Source: Octopus sinensis
Lineage: Eukaryota
Reading direction: 5' to 3'
NCBI RefSeq assembly: GCF_006345805.1
Contig: NW_021831713.1
Location: forward strand, 1 to 38,095
Length of the DNA: 38,095 bases
Shown here: positions 23,485 to 35,482 of the stretch, piece after piece
Layout of the letters: every line of letters begins with the position of its first letter
Numbering within the stretch: the first letter of the stretch is position 1
Made by a program: the position numbers and the translations under genes
The notes under the pieces: model-generated
Told to the model about the DNA's origin: nothing
What the model saw: the letters and a program-made list of their open reading frames with translations, nothing else
Database searches by the model: none

Positions 23485-23698
23485 TACATATACTTATCTG
23501 TGTATGTATAAATCGACTGATGGATACTTGTGATATTTACATAAATATAAACATATGTTTGTAATGTATATGCACATCTCTCTCCTCTCTCTCTCTCTCC
23601 CTCTCTCTCCTCTCTCTCTCCCTCCCTCTCTCTCTCTCTCTCTGTATACACATACGCACGCACACACTCACACACACAGGCACACACTCATATATAAG

Positions 23699-23733
<35 letters not shown>

Positions 23734-23735
23734 AC
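23210..23735. repeat. (TA)n/(CT)n microsatellite field
   Basis: Direct reading. Confidence 0.9.
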
Positions 23736-24398
23736 ATAAATATTGTACGACTTTCTTATTCTTTCATTCTTTCATTCTTTCTTTCAGCCCCTTCACACTT
23801 ACTTCGTTCTTTCCACTCCCCTTCTTTTCGCTCTCCCTCTCTCACATTTCCAAGCTTTTCATTCATTATCACCTTCCTTCCTCTTTCAATTTAGTCTGTC
23901 CCTTTTTCTCGCCCCTCCCTAATTCTTCTGTCCCTCTGCCTCTACCCCTCTTCTCTCCCCACGTGACCGGTGTTCATCCAAGCCTGACCTTTCTTTCTTG
24001 GTTCGACTACTATCCGTGCAACATCTATATTCCACCCCATGCCTGTCGTCTCTTATGTCCCTGCCGTAAGGCTTCACTTCTACACACACCAGCTTAATTT
24101 AATTCGTCCTTAGTCGAAAGACACCTGTTGTTAATGTCCTGTTGTTTGCATTTGTATTTGTGGACCACTTCTCCATATTTTTCCGTCCTTGTTTTCGCAT
24201 ACATTCGCTGCTTTTTTCCAAGAAATCTAGTTCTCTTAGCTTAGATTTTCCTTGGGGCTGGCCCGATTGGAGCAGTCTCGAGTATAACCAACCGAAACTG
24301 CAAAAATGATCTGGAACTCGACTGACGAAAGAAAACTCCGAATGACCCGTCCTTGCTTTTTTCTTATCTTTTTTTGCATCTTCTGTCTTGATGTTTTG

Positions 24399-24437
<39 letters not shown>

Positions 24438-24517
24438 GTCTAAAATAAGATAAAATTTTTTCAAAAATTTTTTATCAATGTTCAGCATATTAAAAAATAT
24501 CTTTAAAGGTTAAATTT

Positions 24518-24689
24518 ATAAACAAAGGCAAAAGAAAAAATTCTAATGCCAAATATGCCGAAAATAGACAAATTTCTGTCGGCTTACTTCGAGACGCGTG
24601 TTTATAGTGATAAACTATATGTCTATTGACAATTTGTCTGTTTTCGGCATATTTGGCATTAGAATTTTTTTCTTTTGACCTTGTTTTTA
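24518..24689. mobile_element. MITE-like fold-back element with ~55 bp inverted arms
   Basis: AAAAGAAAAAATTCTAATGCCAAATATGCCGAAAATAGACAAATT (left) versus AATTTGTCTGTTTTCGGCATATTTGGCATTAGAATTTTTTTCTTTT (right). Confidence 0.6.
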
Positions 24690-25820
24690 AGTTGTGTGTG
24701 TGTATATATAATAGCCTGTGTATTATGGCTAATATATAAAGTATAATCCAGTTGATGCGTTGGAAAATCTTCTACGAGTGAAGGAGAACCAAACTAATTG
24801 CAAATAATAATCAAGGATATAGATTCAAAACCGCTTCATAAACCCTTCGAATTCACCCGCGTTAAAATGTTAAAGATGAATTACATTTTTTTCTTTTCAA
24901 ACATGCAAAAAGACAACCCATCAACATATAAACGCCGAGGTGAATGCACGAGACCCCATACACTATATAAAACAGAAAATTGAATTCCTCTGGATGTGGC
25001 CTCCTTACTTAACACGACAAGGCAAGCTTTAATCAACATCGCCAAACTTTATTTGGTAATTATCAAATAAATGTATGTGGGCGTCATTAACTTCCAATAG
25101 AAAAGAAGATTACCGTTGTGGATCTTTGAAATTGCAGTGACGTCATCAATAAGTGTGTTCATGTCGTTTGAAATATAGCATCCTGATGATACATCCGGTT
25201 CAGCACCGTGGTTTTCTAATTCCCTACATTAAAACCCTTTCTCCTGAAAGTTCTGGACATCGGGAAGCAATTGATCACGATTATTGTTTCCCATATTACG
25301 ATCACCGATCTGTAATTAATAATCTGTTATTAGTCTTCGGTAGAAATAGAAACATTCAGCCAATGCGAGTAGGAACTAATTTTAAGCGCAGTAGCTAGGA
25401 ACAATTTAAACAACCCGGCCTCATAAATTAGGTGACTCCGCGAACATTGATAAGAATTTTATATCTTTTGTATTGTACCCGTTCCCACTACCACTTGAAT
25501 ATTGTAAGATCTTTAATGCACGCAAAGTCTAAGTTAGTTACAGCGGCGTAGAGAATATCACTTTCACCGTACAACCATACAACCGGAAACCGTACAACCG
25601 GAAGTACACATCTGCATCGCTACCTTACCAAGTCATTTTGCAGTTATCAAAATTGATTCAGTTGTTCTTTAAAGGCTCTTTCCTATCTCCGTTAAATGAC
25701 TTCCAGAGAGATTAGAATCAAGAACTGTAGGCTTGGAGTCAATAAATCGATAATCCTTAGGATTAGGAAGAGATAAAGTACCCGTACACTTTACCGGTTT
25801 TTGAAGTTTGGGGACCTATA

Positions 25821-26136
25821 GAAGGCGCGTAGCTTAGTGGTTAGAGTATTCGGCTCGCGATCGAAAGGTTGTGAGTTCGATTCCCGGTGAGACTTTGTGT
25901 CCTTGAGCAAGACACTTTATTTTATGCTGCTCCAGTTGACTCAGAAAAAATGAGCTGTATCAGTATTCCAAGGTGCCAGTCCCGTCACACACTGTGTCAA
26001 GCTAAATCTCCCCGAGAACTACGTTAAGGTTACGCGTGTCTGTGGAGTACTCCGCCACTTGCATCTTGGTTTCTTATGTAGGCTGTTCCATTGATCCTAT
26101 CAGCTGGGACCCTCGTCGTCGTAACCGACGGAGTTC
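25821..26136 (+). mobile_element. tRNA-derived SINE, head D + body/tail Y
   Basis: A-box TAGCTTAGTGG, B-box GAGTTCGATTCCC, CCTTGAGCAAG central motif, terminal stem-loop CTCGTCGTCGTAACCGACGGAG. Confidence 0.85.
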
Positions 26137-26287
26137 TCAGTTTGTTTGAAAACTTCTCTCTGATGCAAACTTCTAATTATTGTCTCTGCTTTTAGTTGTC
26201 CGTTGATGGTGGGTTTCTGAGGGAGTGATGTCGTTGTTGCAGCAATTGAGAAGATGGTTTTGGTGATGATGGTGATGATGGCAGTGG

Positions 26288-26436
26288 GGCTGAGCACGCC
26301 ACAGACACGCGTACCCTGTTCCTAGTTCTCAGGAAGGTTCAGCGTGACACAGAATGTGACAAAGCTGGCCCCTTTGAAATACAGATACAACTCAACTTTT
26401 GCCAGCCGAGTGGACTGGAGCAACATGAAATAAGGT
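26288..26436 (-). mobile_element. SINE family D internal fragment
   Basis: Reverse complement matches body Y (TTTCAAAGGGGCCAGC...GTCACGCTGAA...GCGTGTCTGTGG). Confidence 0.75.
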
Positions 26437-26520
26437 GACAGTAGTATCGGTTAAGTCGGCATTGGCAAGGATGGACTTTTCGTGCACGTGATGCTGAAAT
26501 GGTGTTGTGGTATTGTTGTT

Positions 26521-26755
26521 AGGCGAGCTAGCAGAATCGTTAGCACGTCGGGCGAAATGCTTAGCGGTATTTCGGCTGCCGTTACGTTGTGAGTTCAAAT
26601 TCCGCCGAGGTCGACTTTGCCTTTCATTCTTTCGGGGTCGATAAATTAAGTACCAGTTAAGCACTGGGGTCGATATAATCGACTTAATACCTATGTCTGT
26701 CCATGTTTGTCTCCTCTATGTTTAGTCCCTTGTGGGTAATAAAGAAATAGGTATT
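26521..26755 (+). mobile_element. SINE family B, head + one unit
   Basis: GGCGAGCTAGCAGAATCGTTAGCACG...GAGTTCAAATTCCGCCGAGGTCGAC...AAAGAAATAGGTATT. Confidence 0.88.
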
Positions 26756-26809
26756 GTTGTTAGTGATCGTGTTGGTGTAGGTTGCTGGGTTTTATTGCTG
26801 GTAGTCTGT

Positions 26810-27094
26810 GAAGGCCCGTAGCATAGTGATTAGGGCATTCGGCTCTTCCGACGACAGTTGGGTCCTTGAGCAAGACACTTCATTTTACTACTTGACTGGC
26901 AAAAAATGAGTTGTACCAGTAATTCAATGGGTCAGCCCTGTCACATTCTGTGTCACGCGGAATCACCTTGAGAACTCGATACAGGGTACGTGCGTCTGTG
27001 GAGTGTTCAGCCACTTGCACGTTAATTTCAGAAGCAGGCTATTCAGTTGACCGGAGCGACGGGTACATTCCCCGTCGTAACCGACGGAGCGCCA
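26810..27094 (+). mobile_element. SINE family D
   Basis: Colinear with 25821-26136; ends CCCGTCGTAACCGACGGAG. Confidence 0.8.
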
Positions 27095-27173
27095 GTTGTT
27101 TGTTGTTAGTCAAGAAAAGGCTAAAATACGGTAAAAGTAAGACAAAAGATAGAAAATGTGAATATTTGAATGC

Positions 27174-27333
27174 GCAGGGGTGGCTGTGTGGTAAGTAGCT
27201 TGGTTACCAACCACATGATTCCGGGTTCAGTCCCACTGCATGGCACCTTGGGTAAGTGTCTTCCACTTTAGCCTCAGGCCGACCAAAGCCTTGTGAGTGG
27301 ATTTGTTAGACGGAAATTGAAAGAAGCCCGTCG

Positions 27334-27366
<33 letters not shown>

Positions 27367-27580
27367 TTGTGTCTGTGTTTGCCCCCCTAGCATTGCTTGA
27401 CAACCGATGCTGGTGTGTTTATGTCCCCGTCACTTAGCGGTTCGGCAAAAGAGACCGATAGAATAAGTACTGGGCTTACAAAGAATAAGTCCCGGGGTCG
27501 AGTTGCTCGATTAAAGGCGGTGCTGCAGCATGGCCGCAGTCAATTGACTGAAACAAGTAAAAGAGTAAAAGAGAGAGAGA
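27174..27580 (+). mobile_element. SINE family A, full length
   Basis: tRNA-like head (GGTTCAGTCCC), CCTTGGG motif, internal (TA)(TG)n, tail GGCGGTGCTGCAGCATGGCCGCAGTCAATTGACTGAAACAAGTAAAAGAGTAAAAGAG. Confidence 0.88.
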
Positions 27581-28399
27581 TTTCGATAAATCGAAAGAAA
27601 AGAAAAGAATATAAAATAACAGCGCAAAAAAAAATACAAAACAAATATTTAAAACAGAAATATGCAAAAATGATTAAAGGAGATTGATAAAGAAGATGGC
27701 GGAGGGAAGGTGGGTGGGTAAAAGATGAAAGGAAGTAGGGCGAGGGTGGAATTTGGTGAATGCGGAAACGGTTTACAAAATGGTGAGACGATGATGTCGA
27801 GATTTCTGATAGGAATCACTGGATAATGTTTCTCATCATTTTGTCCGAACAAAACTTTAAAATGGTTAATGGCAACTGGAATCATTTGTCAGCCGCCGCC
27901 GCCGCCGCAGCCAATGCAAAGGTCTCAGCTGTAACGAAGGAGAAAGAGGGCGTATGTTGTTGTTGTTGTTGTTGTTTAGCTCCGTGATAAACTTGATTTA
28001 GCAGCTATTTTCGTGAAAGACTTTCCAACCGTGACCTGTCAATCCAATGACATAGTCTTCGACTGCATTAGCAATCCCGAGCTTACTTTTCTGTTTCTCT
28101 TTTCGTTTTTCCTTTTTAAGAGAGAAAAATACGATTTGAGTGAAATTTCATTGCTCTGTTTAGCACGTCAAAGGACCATGCAGAAGTTCTTTTGTGAGAA
28201 CGACAGAGGCGTTGGTATGTGAAACACCTGTCCTTCTTTTTTTGTTGAGCTCCAGTCTGGTGGGTCTATGGCCTGAGACAGTACAGCCATGGCAATCCCA
28301 TAAGTTGTTTACAGACACAGCGTTTAGAGAACTACATCATCTAACTTCGACTTCTTTATTTTGATATCACAGTGTTGTTTGCAAGAAATTGTGCCAGGA

Positions 28400-29140
28400 T
28401 TCCTCGCAGACCTAGCAACAGTATAAAGGTTCCCTCGCTGACATGGTCCTTTGTCTACAAATGCTTATTTCTAACCGGTTGCATTATTCAAAATGGTTAT
28501 ACCAATCTTGTTATACAGTAGCAATACTGTAACAAAAGCCCATCATCGCATCATATGCAGCATCCAGAGCTCTCAGTTGTTGAGTTTTACAGTTGCATAG
28601 TATCTATGCAAGCGAAACCCCATCTTTACCGGAACTGGACCGTATCCCAAAGATTGATCCTAAAGGGAAGGACCACAAGATACGTTATACCCCAACAATT
28701 ACTGATACTTTACAAAGTTTAAGTAAGGCCTACAATGGTAACGGTCCAGCTACAGCACATAGAGACCCCTCAGATCATATCCAGAGAAAAGCCATCCGAC
28801 TAACAAGCATAGAGTCACAGATGTGCTTCAGATTCTCAGCCACGGGCATGAACAATCACTTTTTACGTTTTCTCCCACTTCTACAATAGTCGCTAGTCCT
28901 TGCTGCTGGCTGGGTGTATGCCACCACCATTTAAGCATAATCCACTTCTCTCCTTCTCTTATCATCCTTGTTGCTCTCAAACACCCAGCCGCTTCACAGA
29001 TTCCTATACAGACTCCATTCTTCTCAGAACGTTGACCTTCTAGAATTCCCTGCTGCCTCCTGTTTTTAAAACTGATGGTAACTAAGAAAAGTTTAAGAGC
29101 AAAATTGACAGCATCAATAAGTCTTCGAGAGCCAGTAAAA
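28400..29140 (+). mobile_element. Old CR1/L2-group LINE 3' relic
   Basis: Scattered remnants KPIIASYA, VRPTM, DHIQRKAIRLTSIES, LQILSH, FYN, SFFS.R...NSL, matching the post-RT tail of CR1/L2-group ORF2. Confidence 0.6.
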
Positions 29141-29269
29141 CATTTCAGTTCCGTTCCTTCCCCCCAGAGGCAGCAAGCGAAATAAAGCATGAACATTTTT
29201 GATAATAGGATGATATAGGCAAATGGGGATGCCGTATGAAATGAGAGCCCTCACTTTGTGCTGTAGATG

Positions 29270-29515
29270 TATGAATGCAATCACAAGTCAGGTGAGGTGT
29301 GGGAGCCACTGTCGCGGCAGCGAGTTGCTGCATTCACCACATGTCGGTATATTCCTGGGTCCTCTCAGGTGAACTGTCAATCAGAGTCCCAGTCCCAATC
29401 AAACCCCATCTCCGCGAGGTACCTCATCTGCCGTGACCAAGTGGCGTGTGGCCGACCAACACGAACCATCAATCCAGCCGGATTCTCAGTGATAAGAACA
29501 CAGTAAGCAGAGTCT
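29270..29515 (-). mobile_element. RTE-clade LINE 3' end relic
   Basis: Minus-strand GRPHATWSRQMRYLAEMG...DPGIYRHVVNAATRCRDSGSHT, resembling the RTE ORF C-terminus GRPRATWLRQ...RRxVDAATRC. Confidence 0.65.
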
Positions 29516-29931
29516 AGCTCGAAAAATCAAACAACGTGTCCAAACACTCTGAGCTGCACTCGGGAATCATACAGCTTATTTGTATGATGAATGCAATCAC
29601 AATTTCAGTTTAAATATTTCTTCAAAATTGTTGTTGCTTCATCCAAGTTGGCGTTTATAAACGAGGCCTATGATAAAAGATAGTCAAAACCAGACCATTC
29701 CAGCTTGTTTCCGGAGTAGTATATCAAGGAATACATTATCCAATGTAGCACTGTCAGGCCTAATGCATTGCTGTCTTTATCGTCCAATGTGTTTTAATAT
29801 GAAAACTGTATGAAACTTAACGAAATAGCGAATGTTTGAATGTACATTTGTGTGTGTGTATGTGTGTTGTGTGTGTACGTGCGTATGTCTATACGTAGCA
29901 AATTTGCTTCACTTAATACACCAAATATCTG

Positions 29932-30323
29932 AGGCTAACTGGCAGAAACGTTCGCACGCCGGGCGAAATGCGTAGCCGTATTTAGTCTGCCGTTAAAATT
30001 CAAATTCCGCCGAGGTCGACTTTGTCTTTCATCCTTTCAGGGTCGTTAAATTAAGTACCAGTTACGCACTGGGGTCGATGTAATCGACTTAATCCGTATG
30101 TCTGTCCTTGTTTGTCCCCTCTGTGTTTAGCCCCTTGTGGGTAGTAAAGAAATAGGTATTTCGTCTATCTTAATGTTCTGAGCTCAAATTACGCTGAGGT
30201 TGACTTTGCCTCTCATCCTTTCGGAGTCGATAAATTAAGTACTAGATGCGTACTGGGGTCGATCTAATCGACTGGCCCCCTTCCCAACATTTTCGGGCTT
30301 TGTGCCTAGAGTAGAAAAAATTA
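29932..30323 (+). mobile_element. SINE family B, head + one unit + terminal unit
   Basis: Units start at 29977 and 30155; terminal ...TGTGCCTAGAGTAGAAAA. Confidence 0.85.
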
Positions 30324-30790
30324 TACCAAATATGTTTTGGGTTCCTCAGTAAAGTATTCCTTCTGATTCCAGTAAATATCTGGATGAACCATGTTTCCAT
30401 AATATTCTGAGTTACGTCCGTTATCTTCACAAGGGAACCAGTCACACCTATTAACACCAAGACCTGGTCTTTGAGAACTTGAAGCAAGGTTCTCTTAGTT
30501 TGCAGACAGCCTCTCTTCCTCCCCGAGGCTATATATACATCTGCGAGTGAATGCTATGCGCATGACGATGGAAACGTCGATTAACATCGATGCGTCGATA
30601 GTAGACATCATTCTGTATTCAGCTATCTTCCATCTACATCCCTTTATGTCAAGACAGATATTCGTGATCGATGAAATCAAATCAAAACAGAGTAATAGAG
30701 ACGATATAACTACCAAAATATCTTGAATGAGATGCTCCAGCAGGACCGCAACCAACTGCTAAAACAGGAAGATGAATAAAATATTAAAAA

Positions 30791-31188
30791 CTAGCGGTAT
30801 CGCCCGGCGTTGCTCGGGTTTGTAAGGGAAATAACTATATAAGCATTTTTAGAGAGTTATAGCCAAAAAATAGCAAAGAAATGCATTAAAAATGGAAAAA
30901 AAATTATGGTAAATTTTTTTTAAATCGTTGACTCATCGTAGACATTTTTAGAGAGTTACTTCCCTTATATAATAGCGAAAAAAATGCATTAAAATGGAAA
31001 AAAATTATGGTAAATGTTTTTTTAAATCGTAGACTCATCGTAGACGCGCGCTAATACCCAGAAGGGCTCGATATGAATCACGACTATAAGATACCCGGTT
31101 TTGGTTAAACTGCATCGCAAAATGTGGGAGTAGTTAGGAATCTAAATCGTAGGAGACAGACACACGACTTCACTTTTATATATAAAGA
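30791..31188 (-). mobile_element. Non-autonomous Helitron, subfamily H3
   Basis: A|TCTTTATATATAAAAG...CCCGAGCAACGCCGGGCGATACCGCTAG|T; internal ~100 bp-period duplication. Confidence 0.88.
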
Positions 31189-31479
31189 TATAATATAACA
31201 ATATGTACGGACTGATAATTTGGACATGCAGAATTAAGGTAGCAAGTTTGTGGAGGAAAACTTAAAATCAAAAGCATTTCAATGAATTTCGCTTTAAAAT
31301 TCCATGCTACAGGTTCTTTCATTATTCCGGCGTTTTGTAAAAAAAATTAAAAACCAGCCGATAAAAAATATTTAAAATTAATTAATCTCAGAAGTAAAAT
31401 TTAAAGAAATGATTTAATTTGAATAGGTTTAATTAGGAACAAAAGCGAGAGTGTTTATTCAAATTAAACGCTTAGAAAA

Positions 31480-31764
31480 CTACACACACACACACACACA
31501 AACATAAACACACACACACACACACAAAACATATATTTATACATACATGTGTGTGTGTGTATAATATATATATATATATAATATATATGCATACATACAT
31601 GTATGTATGTGTGTACATATATATATGCATATATATGTATATATGTATGTATATATATATTCATAATATATTCATATATATGTATATATATATGTATGTG
31701 TGTGTATGTACGTCTATATATAAATGCATTTATATATATATGTATATACATATGTATATATATT

Positions 31765-31818
<54 letters not shown>
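31480..31818. repeat. (CA)n/(TA)n microsatellite at the LINE 5' junction
   Basis: Direct reading. Confidence 0.9.
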
Positions 31819-31819
<1 letters not shown>

Positions 31820-31823
31820 ACAT

Positions 31824-32533
31824 GTGGACACCCTGGACATCATCCTGGGAGGTGACGGCAGCAGGGAGGGCCAAAAGGATGAGGAAAGCATCCAGAGCCA
31901 AATGGAGAAGCCTGGAACACAGGGAAACGATGACACATGTCCAGCTTCCAACACCACAACTGAAGACCAAAGAGGTGCGATGGCCGCAAGAAAGGAAAGG
32001 CACCCTGGAATTGATGGGAAGCAGGAGGTAAAGGGTGACAGAATCAAGGCTAAAGAAAGCCCTGTCCAGAGAAAGCAGAGGGACCCCAGCAAAAACTGTA
32101 AGGGCAGGGAAAGAAACACCTGCAAATTCTACCTGAGGGGGGACTGCTGGTACGGCGTTGAAGGTGCAAACTGTCGCTTTGCACATCGGAGGCCCTACCA
32201 AAACCGCACGGACGCGAGACAGAGGTCCCTCCCTTAGGGAGAACAAAAACAAAAAGTTAAAAGAAGGGAAAAAAGCGCACTGACCACTACTGAAAGACGG
32301 TATGAAGATGTGGTGCGCGGAAACCCAACAGGTGGCCAGCTTCACCCAGATGTGAGAAGGGCGGCAGCTGAACAGCAGTCTTTTTTGTGCATGGCACAAA
32401 AATTTTTCAGCAGCTGACCTGGCTACAAGCACAAAGCTGGAACTACCACCACATAAGGCCACCTCCAACAGATGCAGGATGGCCACCACAGACACCAACA
32501 CCAACACACACACCACAAAAATATTTCTACTGA
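31824..32533 (+). pseudogene. LINE ORF1 C-terminal part with CCCH zinc finger; interrupted
   Basis: [22 protein letters not shown] at 32121-32186; the reading frame ends at TGA 32533, overlapping the ORF2 start. Confidence 0.65.
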
Positions 32534-35482
32534 ATGTAGGAGGGCTGCTGCGCGGAAACTGTAAAAAGAAAATTTCATTCCTGAGAGACCTTGTGACATG
32601 CAATCAAGCTATATGCATGGCACTCACAGAAACGCATCTTGAACCCGATATAGGTGATGCAGAAATACACATGCCGCAATATGCAGTCATACGCACAGAT
32701 AGAAAAGGGAGGAGCCATGGTGGAGTTGCAATGTACATCCGAGATGACCTCACGCCCCAGGTCCTGCTGTCATATTCAAACTCAGTATGTGAAACTCAAA
32801 TTGTACACATAAGACAACTGAATATCGTCATATGCACTACATATCGCCCACCAGACGCCCCAAAACACACTCAGGCATGTTTGAAGACTGCCTAACAAAA
32901 ATAGGAGAAGTCCTCACCAACCTTGAACAGCACAACAGTGTATTCTTCATGGTGACTTTAACCTCCCCAATGTGGAATGGCCTGGGGGGCAGATGCTCCC
33001 AGGGATTACACACCATCAGCAGGCACAGGTGGAGTCCCTGCTCCATCTCACAAATACCTCTTTCATGGAGCAAATAGTTCTGCAACCAACAAGGGCAGAT
33101 AATATACTGGATCTCTGCTTCACAAAAATATGGATATTATCCATAATGTTAATGTGATGCCGACAATGACCTCGGATCACAACATAATAGAGCTGTCTAT
33201 GTATGGAACAAAAGCCCCCGCAGACACACAGCCTATACGAAGCACCCACCATCTCTCCAACTTAAACTTTCATAAAGCCAACTGGAAGTCGATTGAGAAA
33301 GAGATCCTCAAACAGGATTGGCCTGAATGTCTCTCCACACCGGACATAAACATGAAACACAAACACTTCATGTCCATAATACAAGCCATATGTGACAAAT
33401 ATGTCCAATGTGCAGGGCCAGCACACACAAGAACAAAAACAGGATCCCTAGAGAAAGGAGGATTCTTATGAGACGACGGACAAGGATTGCAAACCGCCTG
33501 AGCAAGCACACCAAAGTGGTGGTGAGAAGTCTCGGCTCGAAAGAATGCTAATGGAAACTGAGAAAAGTCTACATCAGTCCCATGAAAAGGAGAGAGCAGA
33601 TAAAGAAGTGGGTAATAGAAAATATAAAATCAAACCCTAAAGCTTTCTTTAAGTTTGCCAAAGAGACAGCCACAGTGCACCAGAGAATAGGACCTCTCTT
33701 CCAAAAGATGGCTCTCTCACAGGAAATCCCACGAGGATAAGTGAAATACTGAACGAACAGTTCCAAAGTGTGTTCACTACACCTCTAGGACACAGGCAAG
33801 TAAACAACCCAGAAGAATTCTTTGCCACTTTACCAGCGGCCAAAGAGACAAAAATTGAGTACATCAACATCGAAGAAGATGATATCACACTAGCCATTGA
33901 TGAGATTGACACAAACTCAGCTGCTGGACCTGTGGATTCCCAGCGATCCTTCTCAAATCGTGCAAAGCCCTTGCAAAACCGCTACAGCTTCTTTTTCAGA
34001 GCTTTCTTGCAAGTGGTAAGCTCCCAGTCAAACTGAAAGAGGGGGTAATATGCCCTATCCATAAGGGAGGTAGCAGAGCAGATGCTAAAATTATAGGCCT
34101 GTCTCTCTGACCTCACACATCAGCAAAGTCATGGAACGAATAGTCCGTAAGAAACTAATCATGTTCCTTGAAGAAAATGACTTACTGTCTGACACCCAGC
34201 ATGGATTTCGACCAGGTAGAGGCTGCCTAACACAGCTCCTGCAACACTATGACTGGGTGTTGAAACAGCTACTAAATGGCTCAAATGTGGATGATGTAAT
34301 ATATCTTGACTTTGCAAAAGCCTTTGATAAAGTCGACCATGGTATGATCTGTCACAAACTGCGTGGTCTCGGCATAGGCGGGAAACTTGGAGAGTGGCTG
34401 CACAACTTCCTAAAAGACAGAAAACAGGCAGTTGTGAGCAATGGAGCCACCTCCAGGGAAACGCAAATAACAAGCGGTGTCCACAGGGCACTGTCTTGGG
34501 GCCACTGATGTTCATAGTGGCCCTTTCAGACATGCCTTCAGTTGCTACGATGACCACCCTTGCTAGCTATGCAGATGACACAAAAGTCTCCCACGCAATA
34601 CAAAACCCTGAAAATATTGCGCATCAACATGAGCTGGACACAATATACAGGTGGGCTGAGGACAACAACATGCAGTTTAATGCAGGTAAGTTCCAGGCCC
34701 TGCGCTACTGGCACACAAAGGTAAATGACGTGAAGACTGGATACACTGGCCCAGGAAGAATTGCAATCCCTGAGTCAAAATCAGTGCGTGACCTAGGCAT
34801 TGACATGAGCAATGATGCATCTTTCCAAATGCATATTGCTAATCTGGTGATAAAATGCAGACGGCTAGCTGGATGGATTCTCCGAACTTTCAGAACAAGA
34901 GAGAAGGAGACACTGATGGTCCTATGGAAAACATTTGTCCTCAGCCGCTTGGACTACTGCTCCCAACTTTGGTCACCACACAATATAAAACAAACAGCAG
35001 AACTCGAAGCAACTCAGAGAAGCTACACAAAGAAAATCGTCTCAATGCAAAATGTCAGCTACTGGGAAAGACTGAAGGTATTAAACCTCTTCTCCCTGGA
35101 GCGGAGGCGGGAGAGATATGCAGTGATATACATCTGGAAAATCCTGGAGGGTCTTGTCCCAACTTTGGCATTCAAAGTTACTCCAACGCAGAACGGGCGG
35201 GCGCCGCTGCGTGGTGCCAAGGATTCCAACATCACCATCAAAATACAGGTCCAGATACTGCAACAGCTTGGGTTTCAGAGGACCACAGCTCTTTAACATC
35301 CTCCCTAAATGCCTGAGAGACTTACATGGTGTGGATGTGGGTTTCTTTAAAACTAAACTGGATCTCTTCTTTTGGGAGTCCCAGATGAACCTACCTCACG
35401 ACAGGAGACACGGATGCGGGCAGCAGCATCGAACTCCCTTGTTGATCAAGTGCCACGTATCAGAGGTGGATTCACAAACTAG
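32479..35482 (+). pseudogene. LINE ORF2 (AP endonuclease + reverse transcriptase), broken by multiple 1-bp frameshifts as assembled
   Basis: Supplied ORFs 32479-32895, 33130-33471, 33770-34036, 34131-34508, 34394-35296 and 35154-35543 tile one protein; final stop TAG at 35480-35482. Confidence 0.9.

Noticed and set aside
8317-23737. Numerous YI/CV/HT-repeat ORFs
   Set aside because: Dinucleotide and tetranucleotide microsatellites lack stop codons
24050-24345. Hammerhead-like words CTGCCGTAAGGCT...AGTCGAAA and CTGACGAAAG...CCGAA
   Set aside because: I could not build stem III, a valid NUH triplet and stem I together, and the cores are mutated; worth rechecking only against a family consensus
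25566-25609. Short imperfect repeat ACCGTACAACC(GGAA)
   Set aside because: Three to four short units, compatible with local slippage; no further structure
30330-30780. Complex non-repeat-looking segment with short ORFs
   Set aside because: No recognisable protein motif in the frames I translated; cannot be assigned without a search
7323-31188. All four Helitrons lie on the minus strand
   Set aside because: n=4 gives a 1-in-8 chance of uniform orientation; not evidence of bias
31464-32603. 379-aa minus-strand ORF, the longest in the track
   Set aside because: Antisense to LINE ORF1 and running through (TA)n; no independent motif
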